From Saccostrea echinata (lineage: Eukaryota): a stretch of 64,000 nucleotides of DNA. Positions 37,084 to 48,661 of the stretch are shown one piece after another. The translations under genes and the position numbers were made by a program. The stretch is from contig NW_026889751.1 of assembly GCF_033153115.1 (NCBI RefSeq), positions 32,426,001 to 32,490,000 on the forward strand. The letters run 5' to 3'. Each line of letters begins with the position of its first letter. Position 1 is the first letter of the stretch. The notes below the pieces were generated by a model that was not told where the DNA came from, made no database searches, and was given only the letters and a program-made list of their open reading frames with translations.

Positions 37084-37846
37084 TCTCCCTCAATTGTATG
37101 CAAGGGAAAGGAACGACAACTCCCGGTATAGACAAAGCTTCCTTTGAGCAGCGCCTTTCGGTAAGAAATGAGAACGAGAAACCTGCAGCGAAGTTTTTTC
37201 ATAATTCAAGGTATATATTTATCCGTTTATCAAGAATGATTTTCTTGGAAATTATTCACCTTCCAGCGATTCTTGAGTTAAGCATAAATTTATTATCAAA
37301 TGAATATATTATTTATTTACATATAAATCGAACGAAAACGAAAGTTTGTCCTGCTGTACGCATTAATGTTGTTTAGTATTTTATATACCCGTGTACTAGC
37401 GATGATGACTTAACAGAATTATAGTCATACTTAATTAATGAATGGTTTATTGTGTTGATCAAAGAAATAATACATGTATAATTTTGGACTTAAGATTCTA
37501 GGCCGGGAACCGCCTCTGAAAACTATTTTATTCCTTTTCAAGATTTAGTAAACAAATAATTTAATACCTTACATGTATCAATATAATTGACATTTACGAG
37601 TGGGTTTCTCAAATGTAGTTTCAATAGATTGAACACTTCTGTAAAGAATATATACATGTAGGAAAGACACAACAACCCTGAGGCTGAAATAGGAAAGTTG
37701 AACAGCATTTTTATTTCATTATGAGTGAAGTAAATACTGCGGAGACCAGCTAATAACAGTATATTGTAGCATATTTTTAAAGAATAAATATTTAAAGAGT
37801 AAATAAAAGTTCTTTTATTATAACAGAGTTTCTGGGATATTGAGGC

Positions 37847-39459
37847 ATGGACCCCCGTACCAGTGCCTAGGACGTGATACTTGTCTTGTCAACCTGTGTA
37901 AGGCCTGTATAGAAGAACACATCTTAACAGGTGAATCCAAAGATCACAAAGTTGTCAAATTTAAGGACATGAAATCTACAATAATTTTCCCTGAATGCAA
38001 GTCACATGCTGTGGAAAAATGTGAAATGTGCTGTAACCAATGTGACATTCCCGTTTGCAACACTTGCATTGCATCTGATCAACACCTAGGTCATAAATTT
38101 TTGAAAATTTTGCAAGTTTTGAGCAAAAGAAAAGATAAATAAAGAATGTACAGAATTAAATGAAATAATCTATCCAATTTACCAGGACATTGCCAGTGAT
38201 GTAGAAAGGAGATTAAGTATCTTACACAAGGAATATGAAAATCTTTCAACAGCCATAACAAAACAAGGAGAAATTTTGCAAAGGGAAATTAAAGAACTTG
38301 TCAATAAACTAAAATCTAAATTTGATGAAATGAAAAACAAAGAGTTAGAAACTCTGAAGAAACATTTTCAATTGATGAAATAAAGTAGAAAATCTCTGAC
38401 ATCCAGGATGAAATCCATTCCATCGATGTTGCTTTAAATTCTACAAATATTTCTGAAGTGTTCAGTATTTTACCTACAGTGGATAAATACAGGACATTTC
38501 CAATGAAAATCAGGTTTAGAGTCCCTAAATTTTCTCCCAATAAAGTACAGGAAGATAATTTGTATAATTTTAAGACTGGTATATTAATAGAAGGGCATGA
38601 ATACAAACTTTTGACAAAGTCAGAGTCACCAGAAGCGGGATCCTCTGAAACAGCTGCTTGATGAACCAGAGACTGTCACCACCATGGACACTGGGTACGG
38701 ATATCTTTACAATGTGGCATGTCTGAGTGATAAAGAAATCTGGACAAGTGGATCGGAAAGTAGTGTGAATCTCCACAGCATCAATCAGGGATCACTACTC
38801 AAGTCTATTACAACTATATCAGGGACACTACCAGAGGACATGTCGGTGACAAAAAGTGGAGATTTAGTTTATACTGATATCAATGATAGAACTGTGAAGA
38901 ATGAGAAGATAGAGAAGGTGATCAGATTACAGAACTGGATATCTTATAGTGTCTGTTGTAGCTATCCTGGGGATCTGTTGGTTACCATGTACAGTGATAA
39001 CAATAACAAGCAATCCAAGGTTGTCCGTTATTCTGGCTCCACAGAAAAACAAAAATTCAGTTTGATGAGACTAACAAGCCTCTCTTCTACTTTGGCAATT
39101 ATAATAATTATATCAGTGAAAATCGGAATCAGGATATATGTGTGTCTGCCAGTGGAGCTAACGCTGTAGTAGTGGTGAATCAGGCCGGAAAACTCCGATT
39201 TAGATACACTGGGCACACTTCTGCTCCTAAGAACAAACTATTCAATCCACTAGGAATCACCACAGACAGTCAGAGTCACATCCTTACAGCTGATTCTTAC
39301 AATGACTGTGTCCACGTCATGGACCAGGATGGACAATTCCTCTGTTACATAGAATGTGGACTGAGTCAAGCATGGGGACTGTGTACAGATACAAATGATA
39401 ATCTCTATGTTACTCAACAGATAAAGAATGAAGTAAAGAAAATCAAATATCAGAAGTGA
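37847..39459 (+). pseudogene. TRIM-like copy 5, early deletion plus several frameshifts and stops
   Basis: ATGGACCCCCGTACC start; deletion between gtgat microhomologies removes the start of B-box1; frameshifts near 38140, 38370, 38648, 39053; TAG near 38386. Confidence 0.92.
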
Positions 39460-39901
39460 ATTTCTGATTCCCAACACTGCAGTAGATACAGTATACAAGT
39501 AGAACAGCAAATGATAATAACTATAGTGTTTTCTATGGTGGCTTACCTGGATGCAGATTCACAATACACTTAGGGAGGCATTCACTGAATGTGAATGGAT
39601 ATTGATTATCTCTATCATATTCTGTAAAGAAATTTTATAAAATATGTATGTTGAAAATGTTGGGTATTATTAAAGTGTAATTTAATTAGAACGTTCATAA
39701 TTCTCTTGAAAATATACGATTGCATTTATTCTTCTGTATAAATACTCCTGGTGTAAGGCACAGTGTATACAATTACAATTTTTATAGGAAATTAGGCCAA
39801 TGTGCACTTATTATACAAAGACAAATAAAAATTTTGAATTATTGTTGTAAACCACTAAAAACTAAAAGTTGCACTCCAAAATCCGCTTTTAAATGCATGC
39901 A

Positions 39902-40574
39902 CCCTTATAAAAAAAAAGTTTCAAAGTTATCACAGTAGTAAATCAAAGTTTTTAAAGTTATAACTATAGTGTCATAATGATTTCTTTAATAAGTCAAAGT
40001 TTTCAAAGTGATCACTCTAGTGTCATTAGTTATCACTGTAGTAAATTGAAGTTTTCAAAGTTATCAATATAGTTAATCAAAGATTTCATAGTTATCACCG
40101 TAGTAAATAAAAGTTTTCATAGTGATCACTATAGCATTTCAAAGTTTTCATAGTTTTCACTATAGTGGCATAGTGATTAGTGTTCACTATTGTAAAATAA
40201 AGTTATCAGTAAAGTAAATCAAATTGTCAAAGTTATCACTATAGTTACATGTAACAATAGTTTTCATAGTGTCAAAGTTATCACTGTAGTTAACTATAGT
40301 TTTCATAGTGTCAAAGTTATCACTGTAGTTAACTATAGTTTTCATAGTGTCAAAGTTATCACTGTAGTTAACTATAGTTTTCATAGTGTCAAAGTTATCA
40401 CTGTAGTTAACTATAGTTTTCATAGTGTCAAAGTTATCACTGTAGTTAACTATAGCTTTCATAGTGTCAAAGTTATCACTGTAGTTAACTATAGTTTTCA
40501 TAGTGTCAAAGTTATCACTATAGTTAACTATAGTAAACAATAGTTAACTATAGTTTACTATAGTATTTTTAGGA
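39902..40574. mobile_element. CMC/EnSpm-like element related to 6473-7571 (opposite orientation) with a 39-bp tandem array
   Basis: ca|cccttataaaaaaaa ... tatagtttactatagtatttttagga|ca; unit tagttttcatagtgtcaaagttatcactgtagttaacta, about 7 copies at 40258-40530. Confidence 0.8.
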
Positions 40575-41434
40575 CAGTCTCATGCAGGAAATTAGACACG
40601 AACTACATGTACTTTAAGTTAAAACTTGGTATGTGATAACATGAATTATTTATGCCGGCTTCGGAAGAGTTTTGGATGAAAAAGAAAATGATAAACACTT
40701 CTCAAAATTTATGCACGTGTTTAAAGACAGAATTTTTATATCTATGTTCATTTGTATGTTAGTGTTGTATGTACGTGCGTATGTACGAGATGTATGAACG
40801 TTTTTATAAACACTTTTTGTAAAAGGCAACCATATTTAATAAAATATATCCAGAGTTATCTAAATAAACAAATTTCTCTCAGCAAGAGACTTTCGTCACA
40901 TGAAATCCAGAAGATATAAGGCAGGGCTTGACTCGACACTACTATGCACTCCTTAAATTGGGGATGAATTTATTTTTTTTTTCCTTCTATGTCTGATATT
41001 TAAATTTTAAAAGTGATATATCATACTGTCTATAAAGATTATATTAGTTCTTGGGTTCCATCAGATACAGTGTATCTACTCTGGATGGTTTAGGGAAATA
41101 AATCCTTTCTGCTGTTATGTCACATTATGCTGAGTTGTCAGAATGTCCCAAAGAACTTTATTCACTAAACTTCTACACATATACTTGCAATTAGTACCAT
41201 TCCTGTATACATTCTTAACATTTTATGTAATATGACAGGCCTGTAGTATCCTTTTTGAAAGGGGGTAGCCCCCTCCCTCCTGCTATGACGTATTACTTTA
41301 ACATAGTATACATTTGATCCTGTATACAATTGATCAACGGTCCTATTCCCTGTTTTAGACTCAATGTAATTGAGTGTAAATGGGCTGTAATGCCTAAGTT
41401 TAATACTGACTGAATCATGGAAACTATAAAACTA

Positions 41435-42396
41435 CGAGGGGTGATAAAAAAGTTCGCGAACTATCTCCATATTTACAAAACCACAATTCAGATCAGAATG
41501 AAATTTGGCACACATATAGTAATACACATGTTCTATAAATAACAGATGTTATATAATGTTTTGATCCGTGTTTGTGACGTCACAAAGTGAAAATGACGTC
41601 AATATGTAGGTGACTTGTGACAAAAAATGGTTGACTCACTCGTACTCGAGAAACAAACGGCTGTAAAGTTTAACGTATATCTTGGAAATTCCTTTGCAGT
41701 AGAATATGATAATTTGTACAAGGTTTATGAAGACAAAAAACTTACCAGAAGTTCAATCAGTAATTGGATTGATTGTTTTAGTGAAGGCAGGGAGATGGTT
41801 AAATGTAATATTTGTTTTATTACCCAGCGAAAGCAAGCCGGGGAAAAGATGTTTCCTTAGTTGAGCAATTTGTTATGAAACCTCGCAAACTTACGATTAG
41901 AAAAATAGTTGAATATCTGAACAATAATATAATTATTAAATCCCTAAAATATCGTTTACTTAAGAATTTAAACATATGAGATATGATAAAAAGAAGGCGC
42001 CCATACTTTATCCACATTGGATAAACGACGCTCCCGAGACAGAGGACTCGGGTTGTGATGGTCACCATGCTAATTCTGGGAAGGGATATCCTTGTCCACC
42101 TATCCTATTGCCGAGATTTGGCCATTTCTGACAGATGAACTGTTCTTGTTATAAAAAATAATTTGCATGGTAAGAAATATAAGACTCGGAAAAATCTTTT
42201 AGCTTCTGTGAACAAACCGCTCAGGAGCATGTCACGTGACCGCCTTGATCAAGTGATTCGCGCATGGGCAAAACAATGGCAGATGTGCATTAAAATCGGA
42301 GAAGACCACTTTAAAAAATAATAAACACTGAAACCTCATTTTATTTCTTTTAAAGAAGTAATTCAATTAGTTCGCGAACTTTTTGATCACCCCTCG
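41435..42396 (+). mobile_element. Mariner-derived deletion element with transposase remnants
   Basis: ta|cgaggggtgataaaaaagttcgcgaacta TIRs. N-terminal HTH remnant (EKQTAVKF...YKVYEDKKLTRSSISNWIDCFSEGRE) and ILVHLSYCRDLAISD resembling the mariner YSPDLAPSD motif. Confidence 0.9.
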
Positions 42397-42820
42397 TATG
42401 TCCATTCTTTTGTCAAATTTGCAAAATGATTTGGTAATCATATTCACGCAAAACATAAAAATAAAATAACTGCGATATGTGCTATGAAATAAAAGATACT
42501 GTGTAGATGTAGTTATATTTATCTCTAAAGCTCATTTTTAATGTAACCTATTTAATGTCTCCTACAATAAATTGTCCAAATTATCTTGATTCTGTTCCTT
42601 TTTTTTTCTTTTGGATAATTGTTTTCAAATAAACACAAAATAAATTCCGTTTAGGTTACATTATAGAAATTAAATTTATTGGCATTCGTTCACTTTAAAG
42701 TGTTCAGTATTCAGTATGTAGCTAACGACAAAGTGGTTTCAAAAATGCAACTAATAATCAATTGACTGAAATATTTAAACCTCCAGAATAGCCATAAGAG
42801 TACTAAGAAAGCAATTAAAA

Positions 42821-43130
42821 ATTGATTGACTGTATGTTATTTAACGTCCCATTCATGAATTTTTCACTTATATAGCGACGTCACCGTATGCCGGTGAAGG
42901 GCATCAAATTTAGACCTATCCTCTGCACTCAGGGCCATTGAGCAATGAGGGTTCTTTATCATGCCAACACCTACCTTGACAAAGGACCTCGGTTTTTAAG
43001 GTCTCATCCGAAAGACCCGTGACTTTCACTTCTAGTACCTGACGCTTGGCGACGGAATAGTCACTACCTATGTTTACGTCTTAGGTTTGACGCGGCGGGG
43101 TGAACAAGAATCGAACCCAGGCCTCCGGGT
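42821..43130 (-). mobile_element. tRNA-derived SINE, 5' end missing
   Basis: attgattga tail, aaggtctcatccgaaagaccc core, B box tcgaaccc on the minus strand. Confidence 0.85.
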
Positions 43131-45909
43131 ATATTATTATAATAATACATTATATTCACCTGCACGTGACCTTCCAGGTGAATGTAAGGATTCATTTTTT
43201 CTACATTGGTCTAAAAATAGATCGGGAAATTCCAAATTGATACAATAGTTTTTGGAAAACTATTTCACTTGCTACCGACTTCCGCTCAGGTAAAAATAAA
43301 ATTAGGGAATATATAATATGTGGTTTTGGGGAGGGTACAGGGAACCCAACCCCCAACCCCCCCCCCCCCCCGAAAACTCTTTTGGAACATAAATTTTTAC
43401 TTTAAATTTAGACTTAAATATTCAATGAAGGGCTGGTCCCCCAAAATGGACCTTGATCCCCCAACTCTAACTCCACCCCTACTTCTAAACAAAATTTGAA
43501 GTTAATAGAATTCTCTTTTCGTTGGGGCTAATTAAAGATTTTTTTATCAGCTGTCATTTTTCCCCTTCCTTCCAAAATCTATCATTTGAAAGAATCTGAT
43601 ATTATTTCCTTTTTTAGAGCAACTAAAGTAGATTTAAGAAGAATTAAATTAATACGACTGGTAATGTTAATTTAATCCTATTGCTTCTCTCATTGCATTT
43701 GGATGTGCTAGGCTTCAGCAAATGTAAACAAGTAATATTGCATGAACTGCTAAATGAGTTTCATTCATTTCATCATTGTATCATATAATTAAACAATTAT
43801 TGTTGTTTTTTCAGTCAATACGATGATTTAGCCACCTTTGAAATAAAATATTCACCTCGCCCCTCGGGCTCGGCGAATATTGTACTCCTCAGGTGCTTAA
43901 ATCAGCGCACTGACCACGAGAACAGCAGTAATTGTTTAATATATTTTAGGATAAGAGAATTATATAAAGTCTATGATAATTTATAGTTATTTATGATGTA
44001 GATGCATTTAATATGCTGGAGCTTGCCTATTCCCTCAGAATGGTATGCTATTGTTTTTATGATCTATTGTTTATTTACAAAAGGTATATACGCAGACTTC
44101 CTAGAGAATATCGCAGTGCACTCTGTGCCTTCACTTTTTTGAACTACCAATATATGACGTCATAATGAAAAATGACGTCAGGTCAATGCAAACTTGAGCT
44201 ATTATGACGGGGAAAGTTTCAAAAACTCTACGCCTTATTTCAAATGGCATGTTAGATATTAGAACGCTACTGCAAATTCAAATTCACATGCACAAAGTAT
44301 AAATTCCAAGGGAGTATGGATTATGTTAAATGAATGTAAGAGTTATCTCCCATTATGCAGTATTGTGTATAATATTGGATTGTGCATTAATGATTTTATG
44401 ATATTCTCAATATTTCAGGGCAAATATTATTTATCTGTTAAATTAACGACAGTACACAAACCCTAACAGGAGTTGTTTGTTTGTATGTAATACCATCGTA
44501 TGCAAAAATCCTGTTACAATAAGGCCTTTTTATTGATAAATAATATGATTAAAAACTTTTTCTAATATAATTTTTCACCATTTACATTTTTCCAAGAATT
44601 ATGTATACCAAGCCTTGACAGAGATGTATGTGGGAGCGTAGCGGGAATGACAATTCGGAATAGAGATTGCCTGGGGTAGAAGTTTATTTTCTTTTAAATT
44701 AAGAAAACTGAAAATTTAGGATCCACTCCCTCAACTCTGCTAACGTTAAATGTCTCGCCAGGGAATTCTTTTAGTGGAATATGGGTGATTTGCATCAATT
44801 ACACCTGCATTGACTCCATCGCTGTCGAAAATAGCCGGTATTTCTTGGCATGCTTTTTAACAATATATGATTCCAAATTTTTTCTACTGATCTTTCAAAA
44901 CTTTAAGAAAGGAAATGTGCATTCATTTAATGTTTCGTAAATGCATATGATGTAGAAAACGCGTGAAATGTACTGTAATCACTGTGACATAATTAATGCA
45001 ACACTCACCCAACCACCCACCCATCGACACAACCGCGTTACTTTATCCCCTCCAACTCCGCTGCAAGGGAACAATTACATGTAGGGTGGCATGGAACACC
45101 GAACGAAACTTCTCCTACATAATTATTTGCCTAAAGTAGTAAGATTTTAAAACCCCTATCTTTCAGTATGTTAAATTGTAATTTTAATAATTTATTCATT
45201 AATAAGCATATCAAAAGATTCCAAAAAATTGTTTTCCTATATAGTCTCTTTTTAAAGCCTAATAGTGTTGATAAAAAAAAACATGGCATGAAATATTTCT
45301 TTTCTTAATTTTCAACGGGGCTGAGCGAGTCTATTCACTTTCAATCAGGAAAGGAACGGCAACTCTCGGTAATGATAAAAGGTTTTGCGACCATCCCCTT
45401 CGGTGAGAAATTAGAACGACAAACCCGCAACAATTTTTTTGTAATTAAAAAAGGTAAATATTTTTATCTGTATGAAGTATGATATTTCAAGAAAGTATTC
45501 GAGTAGCAGCGATTCTTAAGTCAAACATTTATTCATTATCAAATGTATTAGATTTCATGATTTGAACAAAAACGAAAGTAGGCCAGCTGTACTAATGTTG
45601 TTTAGTATTTTGTTAATCCTACTACTAGGAATGTTGACATGATAGAATTATAGTCATAATAATTAATGATCAAATAAATCATACATGTATTATTAAGAAA
45701 TTGAAAAATTGATCCTGAAACAATCCATAGGATCAAGTTCTGAGATAAACAATATTGATGCCTGCTTGTGAATGTTATTGTATTTTCCCCCAATGATCAC
45801 CTGAATTTGATCAACAAATAATTTAACAGCTTATCAGCAATATATTTGTTATTTAGGGATAGGTTTCTCAAATAATTCCAATACATGGAACACTACTATA
45901 TAGATGAAA

Positions 45910-46088
45910 TATGTGGAGATAACGAAAAGTATTCGAGCTCAAAAGTCCATTAAACATTGCAAAATAGGTGCAGAGCAAACTCCGACCTCCAAAACATCAG
46001 AGGTGGGATCAGGTGCCATGGAGAAATGAGCATCCCCTGCCGACCGGTCACACCCGCCGTGTGCTCCTTGTCATGATCGGGAAAAAAC
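45910..46088 (-). mobile_element. Short retroelement-like repeat, copy 3, in intron of TRIM copy 6
   Basis: Flanked by direct repeat agatgaaa (45902-45909, 46089-46096); absent from paralogous introns. Confidence 0.75.
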
Positions 46089-46284
46089 AGATGAAACCAC
46101 CCTTGGGATAAGATGTATTATAATTATATGAAAATTGACCATTCTTCATTATTAAATAAATATTGCATTAACTGACATGCATGTATGTTCAGCAAATAAG
46201 AGTTTAATGTAAAATAATTTTAAAGAATGTGAATTCAAATGGTAAATAAATATAATTATAACAGAGTTTCTGAGATATTGAAGT

Positions 46285-46537
46285 ATGGACCCCCGTACTA
46301 GTGCCCAGGATGTGATGCGATGTGACCTGTGTGAGACCGCTGTGGTACAGATGCACTGTGATACATGTCTTGTCAACCTGTGCAAGGCCTGTGTAGGAGA
46401 GCATTTTTCTGCTGATCTTTCATAACCACATACATGTAAATTGTTGATTTCAAGGCTAGAAAATCTACTTTGATTTACCCTAAATGCGTGTCACATGATG
46501 TGGAAACCTGTGAAATGTACTGTAATCAATGTGACAT
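46285..46537 (+). pseudogene. TRIM-like copy 6, only the 5' ~250 bp retained
   Basis: MDPRTSAQDVMRCDLC..., in-frame TAA at 46423, then joins 3'-flank sequence (cgttatgctgaattgt, also ~25705 and ~41120). Confidence 0.9.
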
Positions 46538-47081
46538 GCATTGTTACGTTATGCTGAATTGTCAGGTTGATCCAAAGTAGAAATCTATTCACATGACTTC
46601 TACATATATTTATTTACAGTTACATTGCCATGCGCTGATCCAGAAGGGGGGATTTGCAGAGTTATTTGAAGTATATACTGAAGCAAATGAAAATTGACTC
46701 TGGACCCCCCCCCCCTTTCTAGAAAACGTGGACCCACCACCACACAACCACCATAAAATAAGTTTTTATTGTGTTTGGATATGGACTTTACGTTTCCTGG
46801 ATCCAAGCCTTATTGCTATATATATATATATATATATTACGTAATATGTTGTATCGCTTTACCATAATATATTTTTTATGCATATGCCTAACATTAAGTA
46901 AATGAAACTGTGGAAGTCTTGATTAGGGGACACATCCCCTATCTCAGACTCCTATAGAGTCTAATTTATTGTAAAATCTGTTAGATGTAAATAAGTATAA
47001 TTTATTTTCTGACGGGCTGTAATCCCCAAAGTTACACTGACTAAAACATGTAAACTATAATCTATATCTCTAATATGAGTA

Positions 47082-47912
47082 CGAGGGGTGATCAAAAAGT
47101 TCGCGAACTAATTGAATTACTTCCTTAAAAGAAATAAAATGAGGTTTCATTGTTCATTAAATTTTAAAGAAGTCTTATATTTCTTACCATGCAAGTTATT
47201 TTTTATAACAAGAACAGACCATTTGACAGAAATGGCCAAATCTCGGCAATAGGATGGGTGGATAGGGATATCCCTTCCCAGAATTAGCATGGTAACCATC
47301 ACAACCCGAGTCCTCTGTCTCGGGAGCGTCGTTTATCCAATGTAGAAAAAGTATGATTGCCTAATTTTTTTCATATCTCATATGTTTAAAGTCTAAAGTA
47401 AACGATATTTTAGGGATTTAATAATTATATTATTGTTCAGATATTCAACTATTTTACTAATTGTAACTTGGCGATCTTTTAAAATAAATTGCTCAATTAG
47501 GGACACATCTCTTTACCGGCTTGCTTTCGCTGGGCAACAGAACAAACATCATTTTTAAACATCTCTCTGTCTTCACTAAAACAATCAGATCCGATTAATG
47601 ATTGAACTTCTGGGAAGTCTTTTGTCTTCATAAATCTTGTACAAATTATTATATTCTACTGCAAAGGAATTTCCGAGACATATTTTAAACTTTACAGCCG
47701 TTCGTTACTCGAGTACGACTGAGTCAACCATTTTTTGTCACAAGTCACCTACATATTGACGTCATTTTCACATTGTGACGTCACAAACATGGAGCAAAAC
47801 ATTATTCAACATTTTCTATTTATAGAATATGTGTATTACTATATGTGTGCCAAATTTCATTCTGATCTGAATTGTGGTTTTGTAAATATAGAGATAGTTC
47901 GCGAACTTTTCG
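47082..47912 (-). mobile_element. Mariner-derived element, inverted second copy of 41435-42396
   Basis: Reverse-complement match throughout; TA TSD; one TIR and an internal segment partly deleted. Confidence 0.9.
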
Positions 47913-48627
47913 TATGTATTCATATTCACATCAAAAGTAACTTTAAAAAACCGAATATCATGTTCTATAAAATAATAGATACTGTGCATTGATATGACAT
48001 AGAAACATTTAATTCTAAAGCATTTTTAATGTACCCTAGTAAACGTCTCCAACAAATCGTCCAAATCAGTTTAATTTTCTTCCTGTTTTAGATAATTGGT
48101 TTTAAATAAACAGAAAATAAATATGTTTCCATTTAGGTTAAAATACTGTAATTAAACTTCGGAATTCACTCAATTTTAAGTTTTCAGTATTCAGAATGTA
48201 CCTAACAACACAGGGGAAAAACTGGGCTTTTGATATCTGGGCTTTCCTACTGTTTCAAAAAATGCAATTAAAACGTTTCAATATATAGAAATATTTAAAC
48301 CTCCAATGTAACCATTAGAGTACGGAGAAAGCAATTAAAGATATTGGCGTTTAAAGAACATAATCTGCACCACGTGTGATCTTCGGGAGAACCTTGTTGA
48401 TTTTGCTTCTTTCAGTTCACTGATTGGTTATAAGTGTTAGAACCTGTCTGATAATCCCGTAGTCAGAGATAGGACTGTTTATATTAATAAGAGGCCTTAT
48501 AGTAAGAGATTAATTTATCATTATACATGTACTGTAAACAGAATATTTAGATATCTCAAAAACATGACATGTTAAAATGAACAACATTCAGTTCAAAAGC
48601 CTTCATTTATGAATTTATTTATTTATT

Positions 48628-48661
<34 letters not shown>

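Noticed and set aside
30421-39459. Programmed readthrough, selenocysteine or frameshifting to rescue broken TRIM copies
   Set aside because: Stops are mostly TAA/TAG at positions not shared between copies and come with deletions; ordinary decay fits, although some homopolymer frameshifts could be sequencing errors.
40187-40540. 117-aa repetitive ORF (MKTIVNYSDNFDT)n
   Set aside because: Translation of the 39-bp minisatellite inside a non-autonomous transposon.
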